From NCBI GenBank assembly GCA_035400585.1, contig DAOMZR010000001.1, positions 306,643 through 370,642 of the forward strand: a stretch of 64,000 nucleotides of DNA. Direction: 5' to 3'. This DNA is from a bacterium. Lineage in GTDB: Bacteria > Patescibacteriota > Patescibacteriia > Patescibacteriales > UBA12465. Below are positions 55,088-64,000 of the stretch, one piece after another. The notes beneath the pieces were generated by a model, which was not told the DNA's origin, searched no databases, and was given only the letters and a program-made list of their open reading frames with translations. The position numbers and the translations under genes are program-made. Position 1 is the first letter of the stretch. Each line of letters begins with the position of its first letter.

Positions 55088-56482
55088 TTAAAAATCAGCA
55101 TTTTTAGGGGTACGAGGAAAAGGTATCACATCTCTAATATTAGCCATCCCAGAAAAATACATAATAGCCCTTTCAAATCCTAAACCAAAACCAGCATGTT
55201 TGACTGATCCATATTTTCTTAAATCTAAATACCACCAATAATCTTCAGTTTTTAAGCCCATTTCTTTAATTCTTTTTTCAAGCAACTCATATCTTTCTTC
55301 CCTTTGACTGCCACCAATAATTTCTCCAATTCCAGGAACTAATAAATCCATAGCGGCTACTGTTTTTCCATCATCATTTTGTCTCATATAAAAAGCTTTG
55401 ATATCTTTAGGATAATCAGTAATAAACACTGGCTTTTGATAAATTTTTTCACTTATATATCTTTCGTGCTCGGTTTGTAAATCAATTCCCCATTCGACTG
55501 GAAAATTAAATTTCTCACCGCTCTTCTCAAGCAAATCAATAGCTTCAGTATAAGTTATTTTAGCAAAATCAGAATTTAAAACATTGTTTAATCTCTCAAG
55601 TAAAGAAGTGTCTATAAATTTATTAAAGAATTCCATTTCCTCTGGTATTTCTCGCAAAACATAAGATATTAAATATTTAATCATCTTTTCAGCTAAAACC
55701 ATATCTTCATTGATATCGGCAAAAGCCATTTCTGGTTCAATCATCCAAAACTCGCTAGCATGGCGAGTGGTATTAGAGTTTTCAGCTCTAAAAGTTGGAC
55801 CAAAAGTATAAACTTTATTTAAACCAAAAATCATATTCTCAGCTTCTAATTGACCACTAACAGTTAAACCAGTTTTCTTTCCAAAAAAATCATTATTATA
55901 ATCAACCTCGCCTTTATCATTTTTAGGAATATTTTTTTCTAAATTAAGAGTGGTGACTGCAAACATTTCACCGGCCCCCTCACAATCACTACTAGATATT
56001 ATTGGAGTATGAACATAAGAAAAACCCTCTTCTTTAAAAAAACTATGAATAGCATAACTCAAAACAGATCTTAAACGAAAAACAGCCGAAAAGGTATTGC
56101 TACGTCCACGAAGATGAGCTATTTCTCGCAAGAATTCAAAGCTATGTTTCTTTTTTTGTAAAGGGTAATCGTTTGGTGCTAAATTTAAAATATTAATTGA
56201 TTCGGCTTTAAGCTCAAATGGTTGACCAGCCGCTGGAGATTCAACCAAAACACCGCAGACATCCAAAGACGAACCGACACTTAGTTTTTCTATTTCAGAA
56301 AAATTAGCCAAAGAACTATCAAAAACAATTTGCAGTCCCTTGAAAAAAGAACCATCATTAACTTCTATAAAACCAAAATCTTTGGAAGTTCTAACGGTCC
56401 GAACCCAAGCACCAATTTTAATATTTTGATTCAAGTATTTATCACTTTGACGATAAAGATCTTTAATAACAGTGTAAGACAT
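55088..56482 (-). CDS. asnS: asparaginyl-tRNA synthetase
   Basis: [24 protein letters not shown] fold, [30 protein letters not shown]-terminus [10 protein letters not shown]. Confidence 0.9.
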   Translation of the reverse strand: MSYTVIKDLYRQSDKYLNQNIKIGAWVRTVRTSKDFGFIEVNDGSFFKGLQIVFDSSLANFSEIEKLSVGSSLDVCGVLVESPAAGQPFELKAESINILNLAPNDYPLQKKKHSFEFLREIAHLRGRSNTFSAVFRLRSVLSYAIHSFFKEEGFSYVHTPIISSSDCEGAGEMFAVTTLNLEKNIPKNDKGEVDYNNDFFGKKTGLTVSGQLEAENMIFGLNKVYTFGPTFRAENSNTTRHASEFWMIEPEMAFADINEDMVLAEKMIKYLISYVLREIPEEMEFFNKFIDTSLLERLNNVLNSDFAKITYTEAIDLLEKSGEKFNFPVEWGIDLQTEHERYISEKIYQKPVFITDYPKDIKAFYMRQNDDGKTVAAMDLLVPGIGEIIGGSQREERYELLEKRIKEMGLKTEDYWWYLDLRKYGSVKHAGFGLGFERAIMYFSGMANIRDVIPFPRTPKNADF

Positions 56483-56523
56483 ATAAAATAATAAAAATAA
56501 ATAATACTTATAATATATAATAT

Positions 56524-57828
56524 TTACTCATTTTTAGCAATGAATTTATAAGAATCGCTTGATATATTTAAACTGATTCCTAAAATAAAAAACAAAAATA
56601 AAAGTCCAAAAGGCAAGCTCCACAACCAATGATCAAAAATCATAAAAATCAACAGACCGGAAAATAAGCTTAAATTTATAAAATAGTTTTCTCCAGCCAA
56701 TGACTTTTTGAATAGATAAAGAAAAAACCAAACAAAAAATATAAAACCCCACAAACCAATTTCAGAGAATACTAGCAAAAAAGTATTATGAACTGGCTGA
56801 GCTTCATAAGTTTTTAAATTTGGATTTGCATCTAATAAAGTTTGATGATAAGCACCCAAGCCAGAACCAAACCATAAATGATCACCGATTATTTCCCTAG
56901 AATAATTTATTTGTCCAACTCTTTCATTTATCGATTTTTCTTCCAATCTAGAATCTAAATTAAAACGAGAAAAAATAAAAGAATTCAAAATAAACAAAAA
57001 AACGACAATAAACAAAACAGAATAAGATAAAAATGGAATAAATTTTTGAAAAATTCCTTTATCTTTTTTTATTATTAAAGAAAAAAAGATAATCAAAAAA
57101 GAAATTGAAAAAGCTAGCCAGGCACTGCGAGAAAAAGAAGTTAATAGTGATAATAGAAGTATAAAATAAATAAAATAAATGGATATTTTTTGCCAAAAAT
57201 TAAAATTATATTTAATTAATAAAAAAACAACCGAAATTAGAGCAAAAAAAACAACCGCTCCTAAAATATTGGGATGATCAAGAAGACCATAAGAACGAAG
57301 AAATCGTCCTTCATTTAATTCTATAACTGATGTACCTAAAACAGAGGGGTCGTGCAAAGAACCTCCTAAATATTTATTAGAAAAATCAGTTTGTAAAAAA
57401 AACTGAGCAACAGCCACGCTAGAATGCAAAAAAACACCTAATATGAAAAAAAGTAGTATTTTTCTCAAATTAATATTAAAGTTAAGCAAAACAAAAAACA
57501 AAGAAACAGAAAATAAAAAAAGCAAATATTTAAACAAGGAAACAGATAAGATTGGAGAAACAAAAATCGATACAAAAATAAATAAATCCAAGCCAATAAT
57601 AATTAAATAATGCTTAGGGATCTCAAAATCTTTGGTATTTTTATTTTTTTGATAAAAATAAATAAAGAACAAAAAAGACAGAAATAGAACAATAACATAA
57701 TTTAAGTAAATCGCTACTTCGTTATAATTTTGTTCGGCTGAAAAAATAATATATTTAGTTTGAAAAGGCAACAAAAAAACAAAGAAATATAATGAATATT
57801 CAATTAATTTTTCCAGTTTTGTGTCCAT
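56524..57828 (-). CDS. O-antigen ligase/Wzy_C-family polytopic membrane protein
   Basis: More than 10 TM segments. [11 protein letters not shown] motif and a periplasmic loop before the last TMs. Confidence 0.75.
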   Translation of the reverse strand: MDTKLEKLIEYSLYFFVFLLPFQTKYIIFSAEQNYNEVAIYLNYVIVLFLSFLFFIYFYQKNKNTKDFEIPKHYLIIIGLDLFIFVSIFVSPILSVSLFKYLLFLFSVSLFFVLLNFNINLRKILLFFILGVFLHSSVAVAQFFLQTDFSNKYLGGSLHDPSVLGTSVIELNEGRFLRSYGLLDHPNILGAVVFFALISVVFLLIKYNFNFWQKISIYFIYFILLLSLLTSFSRSAWLAFSISFLIIFFSLIIKKDKGIFQKFIPFLSYSVLFIVVFLFILNSFIFSRFNLDSRLEEKSINERVGQINYSREIIGDHLWFGSGLGAYHQTLLDANPNLKTYEAQPVHNTFLLVFSEIGLWGFIFFVWFFLYLFKKSLAGENYFINLSLFSGLLIFMIFDHWLWSLPFGLLFLFFILGISLNISSDSYKFIAKNE

Positions 57829-57829
57829 A

Positions 57830-58729
57830 TTATTTTAAATATTTAGACAAATTATTCTTATAATGGGATATAAAATTAGGTCTTTTATCCTCTCTAAATA
57901 ATTTTATAATATTATCAGTCAAAACGACACCACCACAATTACAACTTTGACATTTTAATTCTTTTGGCATTATTTTTAATTGCAAGATTTTACTTAAATC
58001 CTCTAGATAATTTAATAAAAAATTATTGTTATCTCTTTTATTGTTAAAAAATTTATTCTCAGAAATTAGAATATTCGGCAAATATTTTTTTAACCATAAA
58101 TTATTATTCAGAATATTTTTTAAAATATTATCCTTGTCTAAAATAATTTCTAATCCTAAAATCCAATAAATAAAATAAAAATCATCCTGATTATACATAT
58201 ATTTTTCTAGGTTTAAATTTTCCTCACTTAAATAAAAACTAAGACAAATTTTATCTTTTTTATTTTCCTGACTGGGACGAATATTCATAATTTTAGCCAG
58301 ACCAGCACAAAAAAAACGAGTTAGCCAAATCCTGTTTTTAGAACTAACAACTAATAAATCAATATCACCTTCGTTGCTTAAATTATGATCACAGATAATA
58401 TTAGAAACAGCCACAGCTCTAACAAATGGTAAAAATTTAATAAATTTAATAAATTTTTTGGCTATTTTTATTTTTCTTTTAAAATAATTGTATTTTTTAA
58501 AGCGATTTTCAACTATTTTGTCTCGACCTAATAAAAAATAAAAACCATTTTTCATGCTAATTATGTCGACTGAACTTTCCAGGACATCCAAAATTTGTGG
58601 AAGAGTAGCTTTAATGCTTAAATATTTATAAATTTCAAACAAAGTTAAGGGCTGATTAAACAAATCAAAAAAGACCAAAACCTCAATTATGGCTGTTTTT
58701 AGTTCTTTGGCTTCAATTTGCTTGTCCAT
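57830..58729 (-). CDS. hypothetical protein with nucleotidyltransferase-like motif (299 aa)
   Basis: AVSNIICDHNLSNEGDIDLLVVS resembles the pol-beta NTase GS-x(9-13)-DxD strand pair. 1-nt gap to the ligase-like gene. Confidence 0.5.
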   Translation of the reverse strand: MDKQIEAKELKTAIIEVLVFFDLFNQPLTLFEIYKYLSIKATLPQILDVLESSVDIISMKNGFYFLLGRDKIVENRFKKYNYFKRKIKIAKKFIKFIKFLPFVRAVAVSNIICDHNLSNEGDIDLLVVSSKNRIWLTRFFCAGLAKIMNIRPSQENKKDKICLSFYLSEENLNLEKYMYNQDDFYFIYWILGLEIILDKDNILKNILNNNLWLKKYLPNILISENKFFNNKRDNNNFLLNYLEDLSKILQLKIMPKELKCQSCNCGGVVLTDNIIKLFREDKRPNFISHYKNNLSKYLK

Positions 58730-58780
58730 AACAATATTTTATATTAAAAAAGGACAAAATTCAATCTTTATTCAAATTTA

Positions 58781-58804
58781 AAACCCGCTAGTTTAAGCGG
58801 GTTT
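58781..58804 (-). terminator. terminator hairpin after rmuC
   Basis: AAACCCGCT-6 nt-AGCGGGTTT. The T-rich tract on the minus strand is weak. Confidence 0.5.
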
Positions 58805-58822
58805 TGTAATAAATATTATCTT

Positions 58823-59908
58823 CTAAATCTTGGGTTTTTCTATTTCTAAAACATCCACTTTGCTTTCTCCGTCGGTAATTCGAGCAACATCTTTATCTAT
58901 CTTTTTAAACTCCTTATAGGCTTGATTGTATTGATTTACTGAGGTTGACATACTAGATCCTAGTTTTTTCATAAAATCTTCATAAGAAAGCAAGTGTCTG
59001 CTCAAGCTTTCAACATTCTTTTTTATACTTTTAGCGCCTTCTTCGATTTGCATAGCCCGAAGACCTTGTAAAATTGTCTGTAAATAAGCAGCGAAGGTTG
59101 TTGGAGAAACTATAATTACTCTTTTTTCGTTATAAGCATAATCAATCAAACTTCTAGTATTTACCTTAACAGCACCGACTTCATTTATTAATAAGTCATA
59201 ATAAATAGCCTCAGCCGGAATAAACATCAAAGCAAAATTCATTGTTCCCTCTTTGGTTTTTATATATTTCGATGTTTCATCAATTCTTTTTTTAAGATCA
59301 TTTTTAAAATCTTTTTCTAGCAATAATTTTTTGTCAGAATCATTTTCACTTAAAATACGATTATAGTTATCTAAAGAAAATTTGGCATCAACCGGTATTA
59401 GTCCTTCCTTAGTCATAATAACAGCATCAACTATTTCCCCATCTTTAAATTGATATTGAAGCTTATAAGCTGTTGGCGGCAAAATATTTTCCAAAACCAA
59501 TTTTAAACCAGCTTCTCCCAAATTGCCTCTCTTTTTCTGATTAGTCAAAACTTTTTCCAAATTATTAAGCTGTTCAGAAAAACTAATTACCTGTTTATTG
59601 GTTTCATCAAGTTTGGTTAGCTTTTCGGTGATATCAGATATTAATTTAGCCGACTGACCGGTTATTCCTTGTATAATTTGAGTTGATTTGTGTAGACTTT
59701 CTTGACTAACCCGATTAGTCTCACTTAGTTTTCGGTCTAATTCTTGCCTCAAAGATTCGTTTTGTCGCCCCAATTCGCTCATTTTTTCAGTTAAAACTAA
59801 TAATTTATCATTATTACCACCAGAAAAATTTTTAAAAAATAAATAAATTAAAAAACCAATCGCCAAAACTAAAATTAGTAATAAAAAAATAATAACTGAA
59901 TCTGACAT
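58823..59908 (-). CDS. rmuC: DNA recombination protein RmuC
   Basis: N-terminal TM, coiled coil, and a C-terminal nuclease-like region (VDAKFSLDNY...FALMFIPAEAIYYDL...IVSPTTF). Confidence 0.85.
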   Translation of the reverse strand: MSDSVIIFLLLILVLAIGFLIYLFFKNFSGGNNDKLLVLTEKMSELGRQNESLRQELDRKLSETNRVSQESLHKSTQIIQGITGQSAKLISDITEKLTKLDETNKQVISFSEQLNNLEKVLTNQKKRGNLGEAGLKLVLENILPPTAYKLQYQFKDGEIVDAVIMTKEGLIPVDAKFSLDNYNRILSENDSDKKLLLEKDFKNDLKKRIDETSKYIKTKEGTMNFALMFIPAEAIYYDLLINEVGAVKVNTRSLIDYAYNEKRVIIVSPTTFAAYLQTILQGLRAMQIEEGAKSIKKNVESLSRHLLSYEDFMKKLGSSMSTSVNQYNQAYKEFKKIDKDVARITDGESKVDVLEIEKPKI

Positions 59909-60013
59909 ATTATAAAGATTATTAATTATAATAATATTTTAGCAGAAACAGAAAAATAAAACAAAAAAGCGCGCTAAATGCACGCTTTAATGAACTTTAA
60001 GCAAAACAATAGA

Positions 60014-62539
60014 TTAAATAAAGGTAACGCTAGCAACCTTATCTCCTTCATCCTTAAAACGCATAATTCTAACCCCTTGAGTGTCGCGACCAAGTTCGTT
60101 AACCGATTCAAATGGCAACCTAATAACCTGCCCTTTTTCTGAAATAATAATTAAATCCTTGCCAGTCATTGATTCTTTGTTCAATAAAAAGGCATTGCTT
60201 ATTTTTCCAGTCTTATCTGTAACTTTAGCAGTTCTAATACCACTACCACCACGTCCTTGAACCTTATACAAACCTAAGTCAGTTCTTTTACCATAACCTT
60301 TATCCATGATAGTTACTATTTGATAATTTCTTTTAACACCTTTATCTGTTTTAATAATGCCCATTCCGACAACAATATCACCACCTTTTAATTTTATTCC
60401 TCTAACACCACTAGCATTTCTTCCCATATCGCGAACCTCTTCTTCTTTAAAACGAATAGCCTGTCCTTTGGCAGTAATTAAACTGATATGGTCAGAGCCA
60501 GAAGTTGGCTTGCACCAAATCAAACGATCATTGTTTTTAATCTTAATAGCTATTAGACCACTGCGACGAACATTGGAGAAGGAATCAATTTTGACCTTTT
60601 TAACCAATCCCTGTTCAGTGGCAAAAAACAAATAACTATATTCAGCAATTTTATCCAAAGGCAAAACAGAAGTTATTTTCTCTCCGTTCATTAATTGCAA
60701 AAAATTAACAATTGGGGTTCCTTTGGCTGTTCTGGAAGCTTGAGGAATTTCATGGGCTTTTAACTGAAACACCCTACCTTTAGTAGTAAAGAAAAGAATG
60801 TCATTATGAGTTTGAGTTATAAACATAAATTCAACCGAATCCTCCTCTTTGGTTGTTAAACCAATAACACCCTTTCCTCCCCTGGCTTGAACTTTAAAAG
60901 TGTCTGGTTCTAATCTTTTTATATAACCATCAACGGTCATCATCACCATAGTGTCTTCATTGGGAATTAAATCTTCAACATTGAAATTTTTAACTCCATG
61001 GGAAACAACCTGAGTTCTTCTTTCATCACCAAATTTATCAGTTAATTCTTTGATTTCATCTTTTATTATTCCTCTGATTTTAGTTTTAGAACTTAAAATT
61101 GCTTCCAATTCTTTAATTAATTTTAATTTTTCTTTAAGTTCATTTTCTATTTTTAGTTTTTCTAAGTTGGCTAAACTTTGCAATTTCATTTCCAAAATAG
61201 CAATCGCCTGTCTTTCTGATAATTTAAACTGTTTAATCAAATTAACCTTAGCCTCTTCTCGATCTTTGGAAGATTTAATAGTCTTAATAATTGCATCAAT
61301 GTTATTTAAAGCAATCATTAATCCTTCTAAGATATGGGCTCTATCTTTGGCTTTGTTTAATTCAAACTCAGTTCGACGTCTAACAACTGACTCTCTGTGC
61401 TTTATATATTCTTCTAAAACCATTTTCAAGGTTAAAACTTTAGGTTGTATTCCATCAACCAGGGCCAAAATATTAACGTGAAAAGTGCTTTGCAAGGCTG
61501 TATTTTTATAAAGACTATTTAAAATCTTTTTAGGATAAGAATCTCTCTTCAAATCAACTACAATTCTAACTCCATCTTTGTCAGATTCATCTCTCAACCC
61601 CTTAACTCCTTCTAATTTTTTATCTTTAACTAGTTCGGCTATTTTTTCAACTAAAGAAGCTTTATTAACTTGATAAGGAAGTTCGGAAATAATAATTTGG
61701 AAAGAACCGTTTTTGTCCTCTTTAACATCGGCTTTTCCTCTCATGACTATTCCTCCTTTGCCAGTAGCATAAGCATTTAAAATGTCACGTTTATCATAAA
61801 TAATTCCACCCGTTGGAAAATCTGGTCCTTTAACAAATTCCATCAAGTCTTCAACTGTAGCTTCTGGATTGTCTATCAAATGATTAACAGCTGAAACCAG
61901 TTCTTTTAAATTGTGCGGAGGAATATTAGTTGACATACCAACGGCAATTCCCATTCCACCATTCAATAGAAGGTTTGGTAATTTAGCTGGTAAAAATTGT
62001 GGCTCTTTTTGTGAACCATCATAGTTTGGTAAAAAATCAACGGTGTCTTTATCGATGTCCAATAATAATTCTTCTGAAATAGCCGAGAGTTTAGCTTCAG
62101 TATAACGCATGGCAGCGGCGCTATCTCCATCCATTGAACCAAAGTTACCTTGACCACGAACCAAAGGATAACGCATTGAAAAATCTTGAGCCATTCTAAC
62201 CATTGAATCATAAACAGCCGAATCTCCATGAGGGTGATATTTACCTAAAACTTCACCAACCACCGTAGCTGATTTCCTAAATTTAGCTGATGATTTAAGG
62301 CCAATATCCCACATAGCATATAAAATGCGTCTATGAACTGGCTTCAAACCGTCACGAACATCTGGTAGAGCGCGAGAAACTATAACACTCATTGCATAAT
62401 CCAAATAAGAACTACTCATTTCCTGACTAATAGACTGGCTGGCAACTAAGCCGTATTTAGTTTGACGACGACCATCATTATTTGATTCAGAAAAATTTTT
62501 ATCTGTATCTTTTTCTTTGTTCTTATCTTTCTTATCCAT
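60014..62539 (-). CDS. gyrA: DNA gyrase subunit A
   Basis: [37 protein letters not shown] (active-site Tyr), and C-terminal beta-pinwheel repeats. Confidence 0.95.
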   Translation of the reverse strand: MDKKDKNKEKDTDKNFSESNNDGRRQTKYGLVASQSISQEMSSSYLDYAMSVIVSRALPDVRDGLKPVHRRILYAMWDIGLKSSAKFRKSATVVGEVLGKYHPHGDSAVYDSMVRMAQDFSMRYPLVRGQGNFGSMDGDSAAAMRYTEAKLSAISEELLLDIDKDTVDFLPNYDGSQKEPQFLPAKLPNLLLNGGMGIAVGMSTNIPPHNLKELVSAVNHLIDNPEATVEDLMEFVKGPDFPTGGIIYDKRDILNAYATGKGGIVMRGKADVKEDKNGSFQIIISELPYQVNKASLVEKIAELVKDKKLEGVKGLRDESDKDGVRIVVDLKRDSYPKKILNSLYKNTALQSTFHVNILALVDGIQPKVLTLKMVLEEYIKHRESVVRRRTEFELNKAKDRAHILEGLMIALNNIDAIIKTIKSSKDREEAKVNLIKQFKLSERQAIAILEMKLQSLANLEKLKIENELKEKLKLIKELEAILSSKTKIRGIIKDEIKELTDKFGDERRTQVVSHGVKNFNVEDLIPNEDTMVMMTVDGYIKRLEPDTFKVQARGGKGVIGLTTKEEDSVEFMFITQTHNDILFFTTKGRVFQLKAHEIPQASRTAKGTPIVNFLQLMNGEKITSVLPLDKIAEYSYLFFATEQGLVKKVKIDSFSNVRRSGLIAIKIKNNDRLIWCKPTSGSDHISLITAKGQAIRFKEEEVRDMGRNASGVRGIKLKGGDIVVGMGIIKTDKGVKRNYQIVTIMDKGYGKRTDLGLYKVQGRGGSGIRTAKVTDKTGKISNAFLLNKESMTGKDLIIISEKGQVIRLPFESVNELGRDTQGVRIMRFKDEGDKVASVTFI

Positions 62540-62572
62540 AAATATAATTAATATAAATTAAAAACACACAAA

Positions 62573-63028
62573 CTATTCTTCCAATTTTTTTTCTAACTCC
62601 TCTATTCTCTTTTTAAGATTTTCAACTGTTTCATCACTTTTCTCTAAATCACTTTTTTCAACATTCTGTTCAGCGGTACTACTAGCATTTTTTTGTTCTT
62701 CTATTTTATCATTTATTGCTTCTTCTACTTTTTTAAAACTAGCGGCCTGTACAGAATCGTCGACTCGGCTCTCTTCCATTTTTTTATCAATTAGGACAGA
62801 GAATTCGTTCAAAGTTTTATTCATATCAGTTTGAACGTCATCTTTCATTTTAGCAAAATCAAATTGCTCATCAGTTATTGGTTCTTTTTCAACTGAAAAA
62901 ATGTTTTTAAAATCCAATGTCCAGACAACAAAAACAAGCAACGTAGAAATAACAACAAAAATCATTAACCAAAATCTTTTATCTTTAGCTTTAATAACAC
63001 TTTTTATTCTTTCTATTTTTTCTTTCAT
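62573..63028 (-). CDS. anchored coiled-coil hypothetical protein (151 aa)
   Basis: One TM (LMIFVVISTLLVFVVW) followed by an acidic helical tail. Confidence 0.55.
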   Translation of the reverse strand: MKEKIERIKSVIKAKDKRFWLMIFVVISTLLVFVVWTLDFKNIFSVEKEPITDEQFDFAKMKDDVQTDMNKTLNEFSVLIDKKMEESRVDDSVQAASFKKVEEAINDKIEEQKNASSTAEQNVEKSDLEKSDETVENLKKRIEELEKKLEE

Positions 63029-63062
63029 AAAAAACAGAAGGTAAGAATTTTATTATATAAAT

Positions 63063-63674
63063 TTATTCTTTATATCCATCCAAATTAACATCGTATAAAA
63101 CTTGTTCGGCTATTAAACGATAAGAAACCATTTCCTCTTCCTTAAACCAAAGAGAAATTTCTCTCAAAGCCTCTTCAGGAAGATCTGAGCAATGAATTAA
63201 ATTTCTGACAGCTCTCTCGTCAAGGTTGGATAATTCATAAGAATCAAGGGTAAAATCACCTCTGATAGTTCCAACGTCTGAAGTTGTTGGTTCGGTTCCA
63301 CCAACAATCTTCTTAACAATAGCGACTGCTTGATTTCCCTCAAAAATCATCGGAACTATTGGACCACAAGTCATAAATTTAACTAGCGCACCGATTATAT
63401 CTCGGCCATATTCAATAGCTTCTTTTTCTATTGGCAAACCAGCTTTTTGACGATTTTCAACAACAACTTGTCCTTTTTTTAAAAACCATTCTTCGTTCTT
63501 ATTATAATGCTTCCAGCATTGTTCTTCAGTAGCCATTATCATTTTAAGAGCCACCATTTTCAAACCAGTCCTTTCAATTCTTTTAATTGTTTCACCTATC
63601 AAACCTCTTTGAACTGCGTCTGGTTTCAAAATTACAAAAGTCTTTTGTTTTTTTGGATTTTCACTCATAGTCAT
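63063..63674 (-). CDS. ndk: nucleoside diphosphate kinase (long form, 203 aa)
   Basis: TFVILKPDAVQRGLIGETIKRIE...GTIRGDF...NLIHCSD (catalytic His context). Carries an internal ~45-aa insertion. Confidence 0.88.
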   Translation of the reverse strand: MTMSENPKKQKTFVILKPDAVQRGLIGETIKRIERTGLKMVALKMIMATEEQCWKHYNKNEEWFLKKGQVVVENRQKAGLPIEKEAIEYGRDIIGALVKFMTCGPIVPMIFEGNQAVAIVKKIVGGTEPTTSDVGTIRGDFTLDSYELSNLDERAVRNLIHCSDLPEEALREISLWFKEEEMVSYRLIAEQVLYDVNLDGYKE

Positions 63675-63692
63675 AAATTTAATTATTTTAAA

Positions 63693-64000
63693 TTATTTAA
63701 TATTATTAAAAACTACCAACCTCATATCTTCACTTGGCAAGTCTTTTTTATTTATTTTTAATTTTTCTTCATAGTTTGGTTCTATGCCAATTTCTTTTAT
63801 AAATTTATCAAGACCTTCAATATCTATTTTTAAATTGCTAGTCTTGTAATGCATAGGAATAACTATTCTTGGCTCAATTTGAGAAATAACTTCAACTGCT
63901 TTTTTAGCATCAAGAGTATATTTGCCACCAACCGGAACAAATAAAATATCAACACCACCGATTTTTTCTAATTGTTTGTTGTCTAAAGTTTCACCCAAAT
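63693..64000 (-). CDS. MBL-fold metal-dependent hydrolase, C-terminal part (gene runs off right edge)
   Basis: ...VDILFVPVGGKYTLDAKKAVEVISQIEPRIVIPMHY, as in UPF0173/YtkL-like hydrolases. The frame is open to the window end. Confidence 0.7.
   Translation of the reverse strand, partial: LGETLDNKQLEKIGGVDILFVPVGGKYTLDAKKAVEVISQIEPRIVIPMHYKTSNLKIDIEGLDKFIKEIGIEPNYEEKLKINKKDLPSEDMRLVVFNNIK

Overview
AT-rich, very gene-dense chromosomal segment with about 62 protein genes, roughly four fifths of them on the minus strand, plus one tRNA and the RNase P RNA. Genes are small and closely packed. Consensus sigma70-like promoters (TTGAC[AT]-17-TATAAT) and hairpin/T-run terminators are easy to see by eye.

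The gene content suggests a reduced, Patescibacteria/CPR-like bacterium using the standard code. This is inference from this window only. The supporting features are a minimal ProRS, long-form NDK, DUF3048, a giant LTD/LamG surface protein, many small secreted Cys proteins, and no central or lipid metabolism.

Recognisable housekeeping genes:
- parA (partial), tRNA-Leu(CAA), a dGTPase-like HD protein, mnmA, a TrmH-family methylase and rnpB
- a tsaC-tsaE fusion plus tsaD, and hisS, proS, asnS
- rpmE-prfA-prmC, ruvA, hup, gyrA, rmuC and ndk
- dCMP deaminase, a beta-CASP nuclease and a U32 peptidase

Envelope genes:
- three GT4 glycosyltransferases, a WbaP-like sugar transferase, and rmlA/D/B plus rmlC
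- an O-antigen-ligase-like protein
- mreBCD plus a second mreB
- a response regulator + HlyD-like adaptor + ABC ATPase + two FtsX-type permeases

I found no CRISPR array, integrase, transposase, restriction-modification genes or any known multi-gene defence system. I cannot claim a clearly novel system with confidence. The loci most worth a second look are:
1. The surface module around a 1332-aa permuted-papain/LTD/LamG protein (9271-14782).
2. The adaptor/ABC set embedded in the mre cluster, whose adaptor carries a ~360-aa helical insert (35131-40818).
3. The divergent locus at 45659-47001: an orphan gene with a ~150-nt structured leader opposite an antitoxin-less MazF-like gene. Its promoter is nearly identical to one at 9685-9722.
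4. The TsaC-TsaE fusion (19517-21758).

All homology calls come from motif reading by eye. No searches were run.
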